From: Anaerolineaceae bacterium
GTDB lineage: Bacteria; Chloroflexota; Anaerolineae; Anaerolineales; Anaerolineaceae
Assembly: GCA_021107195.1 (NCBI GenBank)
Contig: JAIOTF010000013.1
Location: 1-50,463 of the forward strand
DNA length: 50,463 nucleotides
Direction of reading: 5' to 3'
Part shown: positions 1 through 9,536 of the stretch, one piece after another
Layout: each line of letters starts with the position of its first letter
Position numbering within the stretch: position 1 is the first letter of the stretch
Position numbers and translations under genes: made by a program
The notes under the pieces: model-generated
Told to the model about the DNA's origin: nothing
Databases searched by the model: none
What the model saw: only the letters and a program-made list of their open reading frames with translations

Positions 1-309
1 AGAAAAATCTGGGCAGGGTCGGTCAATTGCGTGTAATGCATTTGGCGGGGATAAGGGAAAAATCCCGGTTCAAACTGAAAGACAAACTTGGGAATGGAAG
101 CAAGGAGGTCATAGGATTAAAAAATTCGTATTAATCAGTGCAGTTGAAAAATATTTCCAAGAAGCTGGAATTGATTGGAAGTAGGGCATATTAATTTGTA
201 TGCGAATCACACAAATACAGTCAGGCCACACAATGCCTTGGGGTATCGTTCCCCTGCACCGGAAACTATCATCCAAACTACGCAAGGTCTGCAATTTGCA
301 CTAACATAA
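1..309 (+). mobile_element. Degraded 3' end of an IS transposase (DDE/rve integrase type, IS3-like); a remnant, not intact
   Basis: Frame 1 at 214-309 reads NTVRPHNALGYRSPAPETIIQTTQGLQFALT*. This is the conserved C-terminal YN..RPH.aLGY..PA motif of rve-type transposases. Upstream, similar pieces (e.g. FKLKDKLGNG, resembling GKLRDELLNGE) occur only in other frames and are broken by stops. The window starts inside the element. Confidence 0.45.
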
Positions 310-587
310 TGAGTGGTATTAACAATGGGGGCACGTCAATGTTTGGTGAGAAGAGTTAAGTACATTAAATTTGACTCTTTGTCAGGAATAAAACAAAGCT
401 AGGATTCAAGTGGTAAGTTTACGAAGTACCACGATGTGCCTACCTTGTTCGCAGGAATCCTCCCCTACCAGGGTTTCACATTCTGGTAAAATTGCACTTG
501 TCCCAACCTGCTGGAGCGGGTTGGGTAATATCAAATTAATTGTACATGGCTGCGCTTTGCAGCCGGCATTTAGAGAAGGAGCATTTC

Positions 588-1910
588 ATGGGTGAAGCTG
601 TAAAGGCTGATCTTATTAGGCGGTTGGAAGATAAAACTGCCGTTGTTGCTATCATGGGACTGGGCTATGTGGGCCTTCCGCTGGCGGTGGTGTTTGCCAA
701 TGCCGGCTTCAAGGTGATCGGGATTGACCCTATCCAGGAAAAAGTAGATATTCTCAACAAAGGTGAATCCTATATTCAGGATGTTCCAACTGAGAATGTG
801 GCCCGCCTTGTGAAGGCCGGTATGCTGTCGGCAACCACCGATTTTGCGGTTTTGAAGGATGTGGATGCGGTTAGTATTTGTGTGCCGACCCCTTTGCGCA
901 AGACTGGCGACCCTGACCTTTCTTTCATCGTTTCGGCCACCGAATCATTGGCGCCTTACCTGCACCATGGCATGGTCGTGGTGCTTGAGTCCAGCACTTA
1001 TCCTGGCACGACCCGCGAAATGGTCTTGCCCCGTTTGGAAGAAGTCAGCGGTCTCACCGTCTGCGAAGACTTTTTCCTCGCTTTTTCGCCGGAACGGGTT
1101 GACCCGGGCCGTGAAGACTGGACTACGATCAATACTCCCAAAGTATTGGGCGGTATTTCCAATGATTGCACCGATGTAGCCGCCGTCTGGTACAGCCAGG
1201 CGTTGGAGCAGATCGTGCCGGTATCTTCTGCCGAAGTGGCCGAGATGGCCAAACTTCTTGAAAACACTTTCCGCATGATCAACATTGGTATGGTCAATGA
1301 ACTGGCCCTGATGTGCGACCGGCTGGATGTGGACGTGTGGGAAGTGATTGACGCTGCGGCCACCAAGCCGTTCGGTTTCATGCGCTTCAACCCTGGCCCT
1401 GGTTTGGGCGGGCACTGCATTCCCATCGACCCACTTTACCTTTCCTGGAAGCTCAAATCATTAAATTACACTGCACGTTTCATTGATCTGGCTTCCGAGA
1501 TCAATACCACCATGCCGCGGTTTACCGTTGGGTTGGTGCAGAATGCGCTCAACGATCACGGCAAGCCGGTCAAGGGCAGCCGCGTGCTTGTGCTGGGCGC
1601 GGCCTACAAGCCGAATGTGGACGATGTGCGCGAATCCCCTGCCCTGGATGTGATTGGCCTGCTGCGCCAAAAAGGCGCTGACATTGCCTACCATGATCCC
1701 TATATTCCTCATTTATCCCATGACGACTGGGACATGGATTCCGTGCCGGATGTGATGCGGTCTGTATCTGAAGCGGATTGTGTGGTGATTGTGACCAACC
1801 ACCGTGATTATGATTATGATGCCATTCTTGAGCATGCTGCATTGATCGTGGACACCCGCAACGCACTCGGCAGGAAGGGCCTCAATCATCCCAAAGTAGT
1901 GAGATTGTAA
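588..1910 (+). CDS. Nucleotide-sugar 6-dehydrogenase (UDP-GlcNAc/UDP-ManNAc dehydrogenase group, WbpA/WbpO/WecC-like)
   Basis: ORF 540-1910. A GAAGGAG Shine-Dalgarno just upstream of ATG 588 favours that start. Rossmann motif IMGLGYVGLPLAVVFA, catalytic-Cys region GGHCIPIDP, and length typical of the family. Confidence 0.85.
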   Translation: MGEAVKADLIRRLEDKTAVVAIMGLGYVGLPLAVVFANAGFKVIGIDPIQEKVDILNKGESYIQDVPTENVARLVKAGMLSATTDFAVLKDVDAVSICVPTPLRKTGDPDLSFIVSATESLAPYLHHGMVVVLESSTYPGTTREMVLPRLEEVSGLTVCEDFFLAFSPERVDPGREDWTTINTPKVLGGISNDCTDVAAVWYSQALEQIVPVSSAEVAEMAKLLENTFRMINIGMVNELALMCDRLDVDVWEVIDAAATKPFGFMRFNPGPGLGGHCIPIDPLYLSWKLKSLNYTARFIDLASEINTTMPRFTVGLVQNALNDHGKPVKGSRVLVLGAAYKPNVDDVRESPALDVIGLLRQKGADIAYHDPYIPHLSHDDWDMDSVPDVMRSVSEADCVVIVTNHRDYDYDAILEHAALIVDTRNALGRKGLNHPKVVRL

Positions 1911-2887
1911 TGGCAAATTATCTTGTCACCGGCGCGGCCGGCTTCATCGCATCCAAAGTCAGCGAACTTTTCCTTGAGGATGGTCACTCCGTGGTTGGTG
2001 TGGATAACCTCAACGATGCTTATGATGTGCGCTTGAAAGAATACCGTCTGGCGCGATTGCAGCAGCGGGAAGGTTTCACCTTTGCGCGGCAGGATATTTG
2101 TGATATGCCCGCACTTGAGAAGCTCGCCCAGGCACAGGGCGGTTTTGATGCTGTCATCAACCTGGCTGCACGGGCTGGCGTGCGTTACAGCGTGATCAAT
2201 CCCTGGGCTTATCTTGACGCTAACACAAAAGGCGCATTAAATCTGTTGGAGCTATGCCGCCGCTATGATATTCCCAAATTCGTTCAGGCATCCACTTCCA
2301 GCATCTATGGTGCCAATGCCCCCATGCCGACGCCTGAGGATGCCGATAGCAGTCATCCTTTGCAGCCCTATGCGGCCAGCAAGAAGGGTGCAGAGACCAT
2401 GGCTTACAGTTATCATTATCTGCATGGCATTGATGTTACCGTCTTCCGCTATTTCACTGTCTATGGCCCTGCCGGTCGCCCGGATATGGTCATGTTCCGT
2501 TTTGCCAAATGGATTGCCGAAGGCGAAGAAGTCCATTTGAATGGTGATGGCAGCCAGACCCGCGGTTTTACTTACGTGGATGACATTGCCCGCGGCACCA
2601 TCCTGGGCCTGAAACCGCTTGGCTATGAGATCATCAATCTCGGCGGCCACCAGAGTATCTCGATCAATGAACTGATTGCTATTCTCGAACGCCTGATTGG
2701 TCGTTCCGCAAAGATCGTGCGTCATGACCAGCATCCTGCTGATGCCATGGCAAATCAGGCTTTGGTGGAGAAAGCACGACAGCTTTTGGGATGGAACCCC
2801 CAGGTTTCTCTGGAAGAGGGTATCCCTCACATGGTGGATTGGTATATGAAAGAACGGGAGTGGGCGCGCAACGTTAAACTGACATGA
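1910..2887 (+). CDS. NAD-dependent nucleotide-sugar 4-epimerase (UDP-glucuronate/UDP-GlcNAcA 4-epimerase-like SDR)
   Basis: N-terminus LVTGAAGFIASKV...VVGVDNLNDAYDVRLK is typical of the UDP-glucuronate 4-epimerase clade. YxxxK motif is present (YAASKKGAE). The start shares one base with the upstream stop (TAATG). Confidence 0.85.
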   Translation: MANYLVTGAAGFIASKVSELFLEDGHSVVGVDNLNDAYDVRLKEYRLARLQQREGFTFARQDICDMPALEKLAQAQGGFDAVINLAARAGVRYSVINPWAYLDANTKGALNLLELCRRYDIPKFVQASTSSIYGANAPMPTPEDADSSHPLQPYAASKKGAETMAYSYHYLHGIDVTVFRYFTVYGPAGRPDMVMFRFAKWIAEGEEVHLNGDGSQTRGFTYVDDIARGTILGLKPLGYEIINLGGHQSISINELIAILERLIGRSAKIVRHDQHPADAMANQALVEKARQLLGWNPQVSLEEGIPHMVDWYMKEREWARNVKLT

Positions 2888-4236
2888 ACCTCTTAAAAAA
2901 ATGGCAGAAGATCTGGCAGGAAGACCGGCTGCTTCAGGGGGTTGTACGCAATACCGGCTATTTATTCAGCAGTAATACCATCACAATGGTGCTCAGCATG
3001 GTGCAGAGCGTTCTCGCTGCGCGTCTGCTGGGCGTGGCTGCGCTGGGTGTGCTTGGCACGATCACCGTCTTTGCTTCCACAGTCAACCGCCTGTTTTCTT
3101 TCCGCATGGGCGATTTGGTGGTTAAATACTTTGGCGGCTATTTGGAAGAGCACGACCTGCAGCGTGCCGGATCATTGATCAAGGTATCTTTGTTTGTTGA
3201 AATGGTTTCCTCCCTGGTTGCCTTTTTTGTGCTGCTCTTTTTAGCTCCCATCGCCGCCGCCATTTTTGCCAAAGACCCGTCTATGACAGTCTGGTTCCGC
3301 ATTTATGGCGTTTTTATTTTAGGCAGTTTGATTGATGAAACCTCCGTGGCTGTGTTGCAGGTTACCGATCGCTTTCGCAGCCAGGCTGTTTTGAACCTGG
3401 TGCAAAGTGTGATGACTGCCATGATCATCGGCCTGGCCTTTTTGATGAATGCGGGATTGCCCCTGGTGCTGTTCGCCTATCTGACAGGCAAGATCGTGCT
3501 CGGCTTCGGCGGCGTTTTTCTTGCTTTCCGCAGCCTGCGCCGCGTCCTTGGTGCGGGCTGGTGGCGTCAGCCAATGGCTAAGCTGCCTCCCTGGCAGGAA
3601 TTGGCGCGCTTTGCGGTTTCTACCAATTTGAGCACTACGATCAATCTGGTCGTGCGCGACAGCGAGCAGCTTTGGGTGGCCTATTTCCTTTCGCCGCTTG
3701 CCGCGGGCTATTACAAGATCGCCCTGGCCGTGGTCAATATGGTCGTTATGCCGATCACACCTTTCATCAGCACCACCTATCCCAAGATTAGCGGCAGTGT
3801 TGCCGTCAAGAACTGGAAACAGCTTCGGAACCTGCTGCGCCGCGTGACCACCATCTCTGGTGTATGGACCGCTCTTTCTTCGGTTGGGCTGATTGTTTTG
3901 GGACGCTGGTTCATTCAATTCATGTATGGTGCAGAATATCTTCCTGCCCACCCGATCCTGCTTGTGCTCTTGATCGGCTATGGCCTTGCCAATACCTGTT
4001 TCTGGAACCGGCCGCTCTTGCTGGCTTTTGGAAAGCCAATGGTTCCCTTCTATGCTATGGCGGTTTTCGGTCTGATCAAGGTCGCTCTTGCTTTCATTGT
4101 CGTTCCCGCCTGGGGAGCGATGGGCGAAGCGGTGCTCCTCTCCGGATACTTCGTCTTTTCTGTAGGCTGGATCATTCTGGCCGGGATGCGCGAATTGCGT
4201 CGTGGTGAGCAGGCTCAGCTTGCTGTAGAGGCTTGA
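2884..4236 (+). CDS. Wzx-like polysaccharide flippase (MOP superfamily, polysaccharide biosynthesis protein)
   Basis: 450 aa and hydrophobic throughout, with many predicted TM helices. ATGA overlap with the epimerase gene. It lies in a glycan operon. Confidence 0.7.
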   Translation: MNLLKKWQKIWQEDRLLQGVVRNTGYLFSSNTITMVLSMVQSVLAARLLGVAALGVLGTITVFASTVNRLFSFRMGDLVVKYFGGYLEEHDLQRAGSLIKVSLFVEMVSSLVAFFVLLFLAPIAAAIFAKDPSMTVWFRIYGVFILGSLIDETSVAVLQVTDRFRSQAVLNLVQSVMTAMIIGLAFLMNAGLPLVLFAYLTGKIVLGFGGVFLAFRSLRRVLGAGWWRQPMAKLPPWQELARFAVSTNLSTTINLVVRDSEQLWVAYFLSPLAAGYYKIALAVVNMVVMPITPFISTTYPKISGSVAVKNWKQLRNLLRRVTTISGVWTALSSVGLIVLGRWFIQFMYGAEYLPAHPILLVLLIGYGLANTCFWNRPLLLAFGKPMVPFYAMAVFGLIKVALAFIVVPAWGAMGEAVLLSGYFVFSVGWIILAGMRELRRGEQAQLAVEA

Positions 4237-5360
4237 TGAAGATTGCATGTATTGCCACTTCGCAGGTGCCTTCCAATACAGCCAACAGCATCCAGGTGAT
4301 GAAAGCCTGCGATGCCTTGCAGCAAGCTGGAGAAGAAGTCTGTTTGTGGGTGCCAGGAGAAGGCAGTACGGATGCGGTTGACCAGACCAATCTCTATGGT
4401 TTGAAAACACGCTTTGAAGTACATCAATTGACCTCGTATAAAACCCTGCGCCGCTATGATTTTGCCTGGCGTGCTTTGCGTGCTGCCCGTACCTGGAATG
4501 CAAATCTCATTTACACTTGGTTTTTGCCGGATGCCGTCCTTGGCCTATGGGCCGGATTGCCCGTCATTCTCGAACTGCATGACCTGCCTACTGGCAAGGC
4601 TGGCCCCTGGTGGTTCCGCCAGTTTGCCAAAGCCGCTGGCAAAAAGCGCCTGCTGGTTATCACCGCTGCCTTGCAGAAGGGGCTTGAAGATGATTACAAT
4701 ATTCGTTTTACCCCCCATCAGGTGCAGGTTGCCCCGAATGGCGTTGATTGGCAGGATTACCAGGATTTGCCGGATGCAGAGCAAGCCCGCCAGCAGTTGG
4801 GACTGGTTCAGCAGCCAACCGCTGTTTATACTGGTCATTTCTATGCCGGTCGCGGTATGGATTTGCTCTTTGGTCTCGCCAAACACCTGCCGCAGGTGCA
4901 GTTCCTGTGGGTAGGTGGCCGCAAGCAGGATGTGGACGGCTGGCAGGCGCGGTTGCAGGAAGAAGGTGTCGCCAACGTGATCTTAACCGGCTTTGTTGAC
5001 AAGCGCGACCTGCCTTTATACCAGGCAACCGCTGACTTCCTTTTGATGCCCTATGAACGTGCTGTCGCCGGCAGCAGCGGCGGCAATTCAGCGGCTATTT
5101 GCAGCCCGATGAAGATGTTTGATTACCTCGCTGCTGGACGGGTTATCCTGACCAGCGACTTGCCCGTGCTGCGTGAAGTGCTCAATGAGGATAACGCTGT
5201 CTTCTGCCCGGCAGAAGATGTTGATGCCTGGCAGGCTGCGCTCGAAAGCCTGTTGGCTGATGAAAACCGTTGCCACAAGTTGGCGCAGCAGGCCCGCCTT
5301 GATGGACAGGATTTTTCCTGGCTGGAGCGCGCCCGCCATGCTCTGGACGGTTTCGTGTAG
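4236..5360 (+). CDS. Glycosyltransferase, GT4 (group 1) family
   Basis: ORF 4233-5360 (TTG); ATG 4236 overlaps the upstream TGA (TGATG). N-terminus MKIACIATSQVP and the C-terminal region PMKMFDYLAAGRVILTSDLPVLREVL fit the GT-B retaining-transferase pattern. Confidence 0.8.
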   Translation: MKIACIATSQVPSNTANSIQVMKACDALQQAGEEVCLWVPGEGSTDAVDQTNLYGLKTRFEVHQLTSYKTLRRYDFAWRALRAARTWNANLIYTWFLPDAVLGLWAGLPVILELHDLPTGKAGPWWFRQFAKAAGKKRLLVITAALQKGLEDDYNIRFTPHQVQVAPNGVDWQDYQDLPDAEQARQQLGLVQQPTAVYTGHFYAGRGMDLLFGLAKHLPQVQFLWVGGRKQDVDGWQARLQEEGVANVILTGFVDKRDLPLYQATADFLLMPYERAVAGSSGGNSAAICSPMKMFDYLAAGRVILTSDLPVLREVLNEDNAVFCPAEDVDAWQAALESLLADENRCHKLAQQARLDGQDFSWLERARHALDGFV

Positions 5361-5550
5361 CCGAATCAAGCTGTCGTTGCGAAGGAGCGACTGACACATG
5401 CCCTGGAGGCAGTGCCAGGGAACAATCCCTAAGCCAGAGAAGGAGATTGCCCACCCTACGGGCACGATGACGTCGGGCTCCGCCCTCCTCGCAATTACAG
5501 AACATTGAACCTCTGCAAAAATCCCAAAAAACGATTATCATGGTGATAAC

Positions 5551-7098
5551 ATGATTATGAAAATACAAATGAAATCTTTCAAAACCCGGTTACTTGTTTC
5601 CTTCCTCGTCGCCCTCGCTGGAGGTGCAGTGCTGGCAGCTGTCTCACCCGGCACATTCCTGGGCGGCTGGCTGGCTGCCGGCGTGCTTTTCTGGGGTGCG
5701 GGGTTGGTTCTGCTCTCTGTATGGCAATGGGCAGGCGGGGGCAAGACCCTCGGCTGGATGATCTTCCTCGCCTTCTTTCTGCGCCTTGTCTTTGGCGCTG
5801 GCATGACCCTCGCCCTGCCTGTCTATGGATATGACAGTGAACAACAAAAAGCCGGGTATCTCTTCTATGATGCTTTCCAGCGCGATCAGGAAGCCTGGAC
5901 GCTGGCTAATTCCGATGATGCCTTGTGGGCCAGTTTCCGCGATGAATTCACTTCTGACCAGTATGGCGGTTTGCTTTCTCTGAGTGCTGGAATCTACCGC
6001 TACTTTAGTCCGGGAGCACATCGTTCGCTTCTCATTCTGATCCTGGCGGCTTTTGCCCCTGCCCTGGGGGCAGCTTTCCTTTTCTCTGCGGTCTCCCATC
6101 GTTGGGATAGCCGCCTGGCAAGATGGGCTGGCTGGATCTTTGTGCTCTACCCCGATGCCATCTTCTTTTCCGGTTCGCAAATGCGGGAGCCTTTCCTGAT
6201 CGGCATCGCTGCCATCGGCTTTTGGGCAGTCCTCTACTGGCAGGAAAAGCGCCGGACGGCATGGGTTGCCTTCTTCGCCAGTTTTGTGTTTGGCATGCTC
6301 TTTTCCTCCCGAGTGACGCCTTTTATCTTTGGCATGTTCCTCATCATCTTTTGGGCGGAGTATCTCATTCCCCGCAGCCGCTCCTGGAAGATCATCGGTT
6401 GGATTGGTGTGGCAGTAGCCGGGTTTGGGTTTGTTATGCTTACCTGGCGCTGGCTGGAGACTTCCGCCTGGTGGGACCTCCAGGTCACCGAAGATGCCTC
6501 TGGCTGGGTGGCGAAGATCATCGCCGACATGGACCTCAAAGTACAGTATGCTTTTATCACCGTCTATGGTCTTGCACAGCCTGTGCTTCCAGCAACTATC
6601 GCTGACCCGGCCATTCCCCTGTGGAAGACGATCGCCATTGTGCGCTCATTGGGCTGGTATCTGCTTGTTCCCAGTCTCATCTACGCTTTCCTGGCGGTGT
6701 GGTTTGTCAAACCTGCCAAAGAGCGGCGCATCCTTGCCTGGATGGTGGTATCCAGCGTGCTTTGGATGATTGTGGCGGCAGCACGCGCCGGTGGCGATAT
6801 GACCGATAATCCCCGCTACCGGGTGCAGTTCATTTCCTTCCTGGCATTGCTTGCTGCCTGGGCACTTTTGTGGGCCTGGCAGCACCGTGACCTATGGCTG
6901 GTGCGCATCATAGCCGTCGAAGCTGTTTTCCTTGGTTTCTTCGGCAACTGGTACTTCAGCCGTTATTTCCATTGGGGCGGACGCTTGCCATTTTGGGATA
7001 ATGTAAAATGGATCGTTGGATTGAGCGTTTTCATTCTGGGCAGTGGTTTGCTTTGGGAAGGGGTCAAATGGCTGCGCAAACGTCAGTCGATGCGCTGA
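5551..7098 (+). CDS. Large polytopic membrane protein, function unknown (possible GT-C-type glycosyltransferase or polymerase)
   Basis: 515 aa with more than 10 hydrophobic segments rich in W/F/Y. It follows the GT4 gene and precedes a polyprenyl-phosphate GT2 gene. I recognised no soluble domain. Confidence 0.6.
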   Translation: MIMKIQMKSFKTRLLVSFLVALAGGAVLAAVSPGTFLGGWLAAGVLFWGAGLVLLSVWQWAGGGKTLGWMIFLAFFLRLVFGAGMTLALPVYGYDSEQQKAGYLFYDAFQRDQEAWTLANSDDALWASFRDEFTSDQYGGLLSLSAGIYRYFSPGAHRSLLILILAAFAPALGAAFLFSAVSHRWDSRLARWAGWIFVLYPDAIFFSGSQMREPFLIGIAAIGFWAVLYWQEKRRTAWVAFFASFVFGMLFSSRVTPFIFGMFLIIFWAEYLIPRSRSWKIIGWIGVAVAGFGFVMLTWRWLETSAWWDLQVTEDASGWVAKIIADMDLKVQYAFITVYGLAQPVLPATIADPAIPLWKTIAIVRSLGWYLLVPSLIYAFLAVWFVKPAKERRILAWMVVSSVLWMIVAAARAGGDMTDNPRYRVQFISFLALLAAWALLWAWQHRDLWLVRIIAVEAVFLGFFGNWYFSRYFHWGGRLPFWDNVKWIVGLSVFILGSGLLWEGVKWLRKRQSMR

Positions 7099-7118
7099 TA
7101 TCTGTCTTATGGGTGCGG

Positions 7119-7127
7119 TGTTATAAT
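7119..7127 (+). promoter_or_regulatory. Candidate extended -10 promoter element (TGtTATAAT) upstream of the second glycan operon
   Basis: The sequence ggTGtTATAATgg lies in the 250-bp gap between 7098 and 7350. There is no clear -35, which an extended -10 can tolerate. Confidence 0.3.
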
Positions 7128-7349
7128 GGAGACAGCTTTTTAACCGTACCGCGCCAGAGTTTTTCTCAATGTTTGATTGTGTAAAATCATGTCTTAAACC
7201 AATTGTCTTTGACCTCTGGGGTGCAAAAGCACTGGCAGGGTTAAGGGCGATTCTTTTTAAGATAGCAGCAAATCGGATCATTTGATCCGTAAAAGAAATG
7301 TGCCACAGCCCGCAATGGGTGGTGATATGATGATATTTGGGAGCAGAAC

Positions 7350-8327
7350 ATGAAACTATCTTTGATCACGCCGGTTTACAACGAGGAAAAGAATTTGCCC
7401 TTGCTGTACAATGCCGTCCAGCAGGCCCTTGCCGGCTTTAGCGAACCCTGGGAATTGATCCTGGTGGATGACGGCAGTCAGGATGATAGCCTGCAAGCCT
7501 TGCAATCTCTGGTAGAAAAAGACCCGCAGCATGTACGCGTGGTTGCTTTACGCCGCAATTTCGGCCAGACCGCGGCCATGGCAGCCGGGATCGACCATTC
7601 CAGCGGGGAGATCATTGTGATGATGGATGCTGACCTGCAAAATGACCCGGCAGATATCCCGATGATGCTCGAAAAGATTGACGAGGGGTATGATCTGGTC
7701 AGCGGCTGGCGCAAGAATCGACAGGATACATTTATTACCCGCATCTTGCCCTCCCGCATCGCTAACAAGATCATTTCTGCTGTTACCGGTGTCCATCTGC
7801 ATGATTATGGCTGTTCGCTCAAGGCCTATCGCCGTGAAGTCATCACCGGTTTCCGTCTGTATGGCGAGATGCATCGCTTTATCCCTGTTTACGCCAATTC
7901 CGTCGGTGCAAAGATCATCGAAGTGCCTGTCAATCACCATCCCCGCAAATACGGCCAGGCCAAGTATGGGCTGGAACGTACTATTAAAGTGATGCTCGAC
8001 CTCTTTACTGTAAAATTCCTGACCAGTTATTCCAATAAACCCATCTATCTCTTTGGCGGGACAGGGGCGATACTGGTTTTTTTCAGTGCCCTCACCTTTG
8101 TCTTTCTGGCTGTCCGCCGCCTCTGTTTTGGGATTTCTGTCCTCGAATCCCCGATATTCTGGATGGCGATTCTTATGGCGATCATGGGTTTTCAATCCAT
8201 TTTGATGGGCCTGATTGCTGAATTGCAAACCCGTACGTATCACGAATCGCAGGACAAACCCACCTACACTGTGCGCAAGGTGATTGATGCCCAATCGCTG
8301 TCTGACGAGCAATTGGGAAATTCCTGA
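7350..8327 (+). CDS. GT2 polyprenyl-phosphate glycosyltransferase (GtrB/ArnC/DPM1-like) with C-terminal TM helices
   Basis: Motifs LSLITPVYNEEKNL, VDDGSQDDS, RRNFGQTAAMAAGI and MDADLQNDP, plus two C-terminal hydrophobic helices. This is the classic GtrB/ArnC architecture. Confidence 0.85.
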   Translation: MKLSLITPVYNEEKNLPLLYNAVQQALAGFSEPWELILVDDGSQDDSLQALQSLVEKDPQHVRVVALRRNFGQTAAMAAGIDHSSGEIIVMMDADLQNDPADIPMMLEKIDEGYDLVSGWRKNRQDTFITRILPSRIANKIISAVTGVHLHDYGCSLKAYRREVITGFRLYGEMHRFIPVYANSVGAKIIEVPVNHHPRKYGQAKYGLERTIKVMLDLFTVKFLTSYSNKPIYLFGGTGAILVFFSALTFVFLAVRRLCFGISVLESPIFWMAILMAIMGFQSILMGLIAELQTRTYHESQDKPTYTVRKVIDAQSLSDEQLGNS

Positions 8328-9460
8328 TGCGAATCCTGGTGCTGACCCATGAATATCCGCCGGTAGGCGGTGGTGGCGGTCGTGTAGCGCAGGATATTTG
8401 CACAGGGCTGGCGCAGCGCGGTCATGAGATCACCATTCTAACTGCTCAATGCGATGATTTGCCCGAGAAAGAAGTGCAGGACAGCTTGCGCCTGGTGCGC
8501 ATCAAGTCAGGCCGCCGCCAGCCATTCCGGGCAGATATGCGAGCTATGCTTGGCTATGTTTGGGCCAGCTTCTGGCACGGGCGACGTGTCATCCGCCGCT
8601 GGAAACCTGATGTGATCCATGTCCATTTTGCCGTACCAGCCGGTGTGGCCGCCTGGGCGCTTTCGGTATTTACTGGCGTGCCTTATGTGTTAACTGCCCA
8701 TCTGGGTGATGTTCCCGGCGGTGTGCCGGAAAAGACAGGCAAATGGTTTCGCTGGATCATGCCTTTCACCCCGCCCATCTGGCGCCGGGCAGCCCAGGTA
8801 ACTGCCGTCAGCGATTTTACCCGCCGCCTGGCCTTGAAACATTATCCAGTTGATATTCAGGTGGTCCCAAATGGGGTTGATTTGCAAGGCTTGAACCCCG
8901 GCAAAATTCAGGTTAACAATCCGCCGCAAGTGGTTTTTGCCGGGCGCTTTATGACGCAGAAAAACCCCCTGCAAATAATTGAAGCCCTCGCCGCTGTTCA
9001 GGACTTAACCTGGAACTGTGTTATGCTCGGCGACGGTCCGCTTCGTCCCGCTGTGGAAGAAGCTATCGCCCGCCACAATATGCAAGAGCGTTTCACCCTG
9101 CCTGGCTGGGTTACTACGCATGAAGTGATCGACTGGTATCGGAAGAGTGACATTTATTTTATGCCTTCCTTGTCCGAAGGTTTGCCGGTGGTTGGTGTTC
9201 AGTCCATGTCGATGGGCCTGGCCCTTGTTTTGAGTGCTGTTGGCGGCAGTGTTGAACTGGTCAATGATGGCGAAAACGGTTTCTTGCGGGAGCCGGATGA
9301 TCTTGATGGTTTCGCTGCCGCCCTGCGGACATTGTTGAGCGATCCCGAGCGTTTGCTTGCCACGCGTCAGGCCAGCCGCAAGATGGCAGAACGCTTTGAC
9401 CTACGCGCCATTGTGGCTGCCTATGAGAAAATCTTCATTCAGGCTGTCAAAAACGCATGA
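8327..9460 (+). CDS. Glycosyltransferase, GT4 family
   Basis: MRILVLTHEYPPVGGGGGRV at the N-terminus. C-terminal EGLPVVGVQSMSMGLALVLSAVGGSVELVNDGENGFL matches the GT-B E-x7-E region. One-base overlap with the upstream stop. Confidence 0.85.
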   Translation: MRILVLTHEYPPVGGGGGRVAQDICTGLAQRGHEITILTAQCDDLPEKEVQDSLRLVRIKSGRRQPFRADMRAMLGYVWASFWHGRRVIRRWKPDVIHVHFAVPAGVAAWALSVFTGVPYVLTAHLGDVPGGVPEKTGKWFRWIMPFTPPIWRRAAQVTAVSDFTRRLALKHYPVDIQVVPNGVDLQGLNPGKIQVNNPPQVVFAGRFMTQKNPLQIIEALAAVQDLTWNCVMLGDGPLRPAVEEAIARHNMQERFTLPGWVTTHEVIDWYRKSDIYFMPSLSEGLPVVGVQSMSMGLALVLSAVGGSVELVNDGENGFLREPDDLDGFAAALRTLLSDPERLLATRQASRKMAERFDLRAIVAAYEKIFIQAVKNA

Positions 9461-9536
9461 TCGTTCTTGCAGTGGGATGCAGGAAAAACACGGAATTATT
9501 GGAAGAAAAAAATAACAGACAAACGGAGAATAACCG

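Noticed and set aside
109-294. 61-aa minus-strand ORF at the window start.
   Set aside because: It is antisense to the transposase-tail remnant, whose + strand frame carries the recognisable RPH..LGY motif.
3319-4503. 394-aa ORF on the minus strand, antisense to the flippase and GT4 genes. Similar long antisense ORFs lie at 7548-8312, 10403-11278, 16968-17651, 31397-32407 and 43208-43798.
   Set aside because: Each lies fully inside a sense-strand gene with clear family motifs. Their translations are low-complexity (Arg/Gly/His/Gln-rich) with no recognisable motifs. This is the typical stop-poor antisense frame of moderately GC-rich genes.
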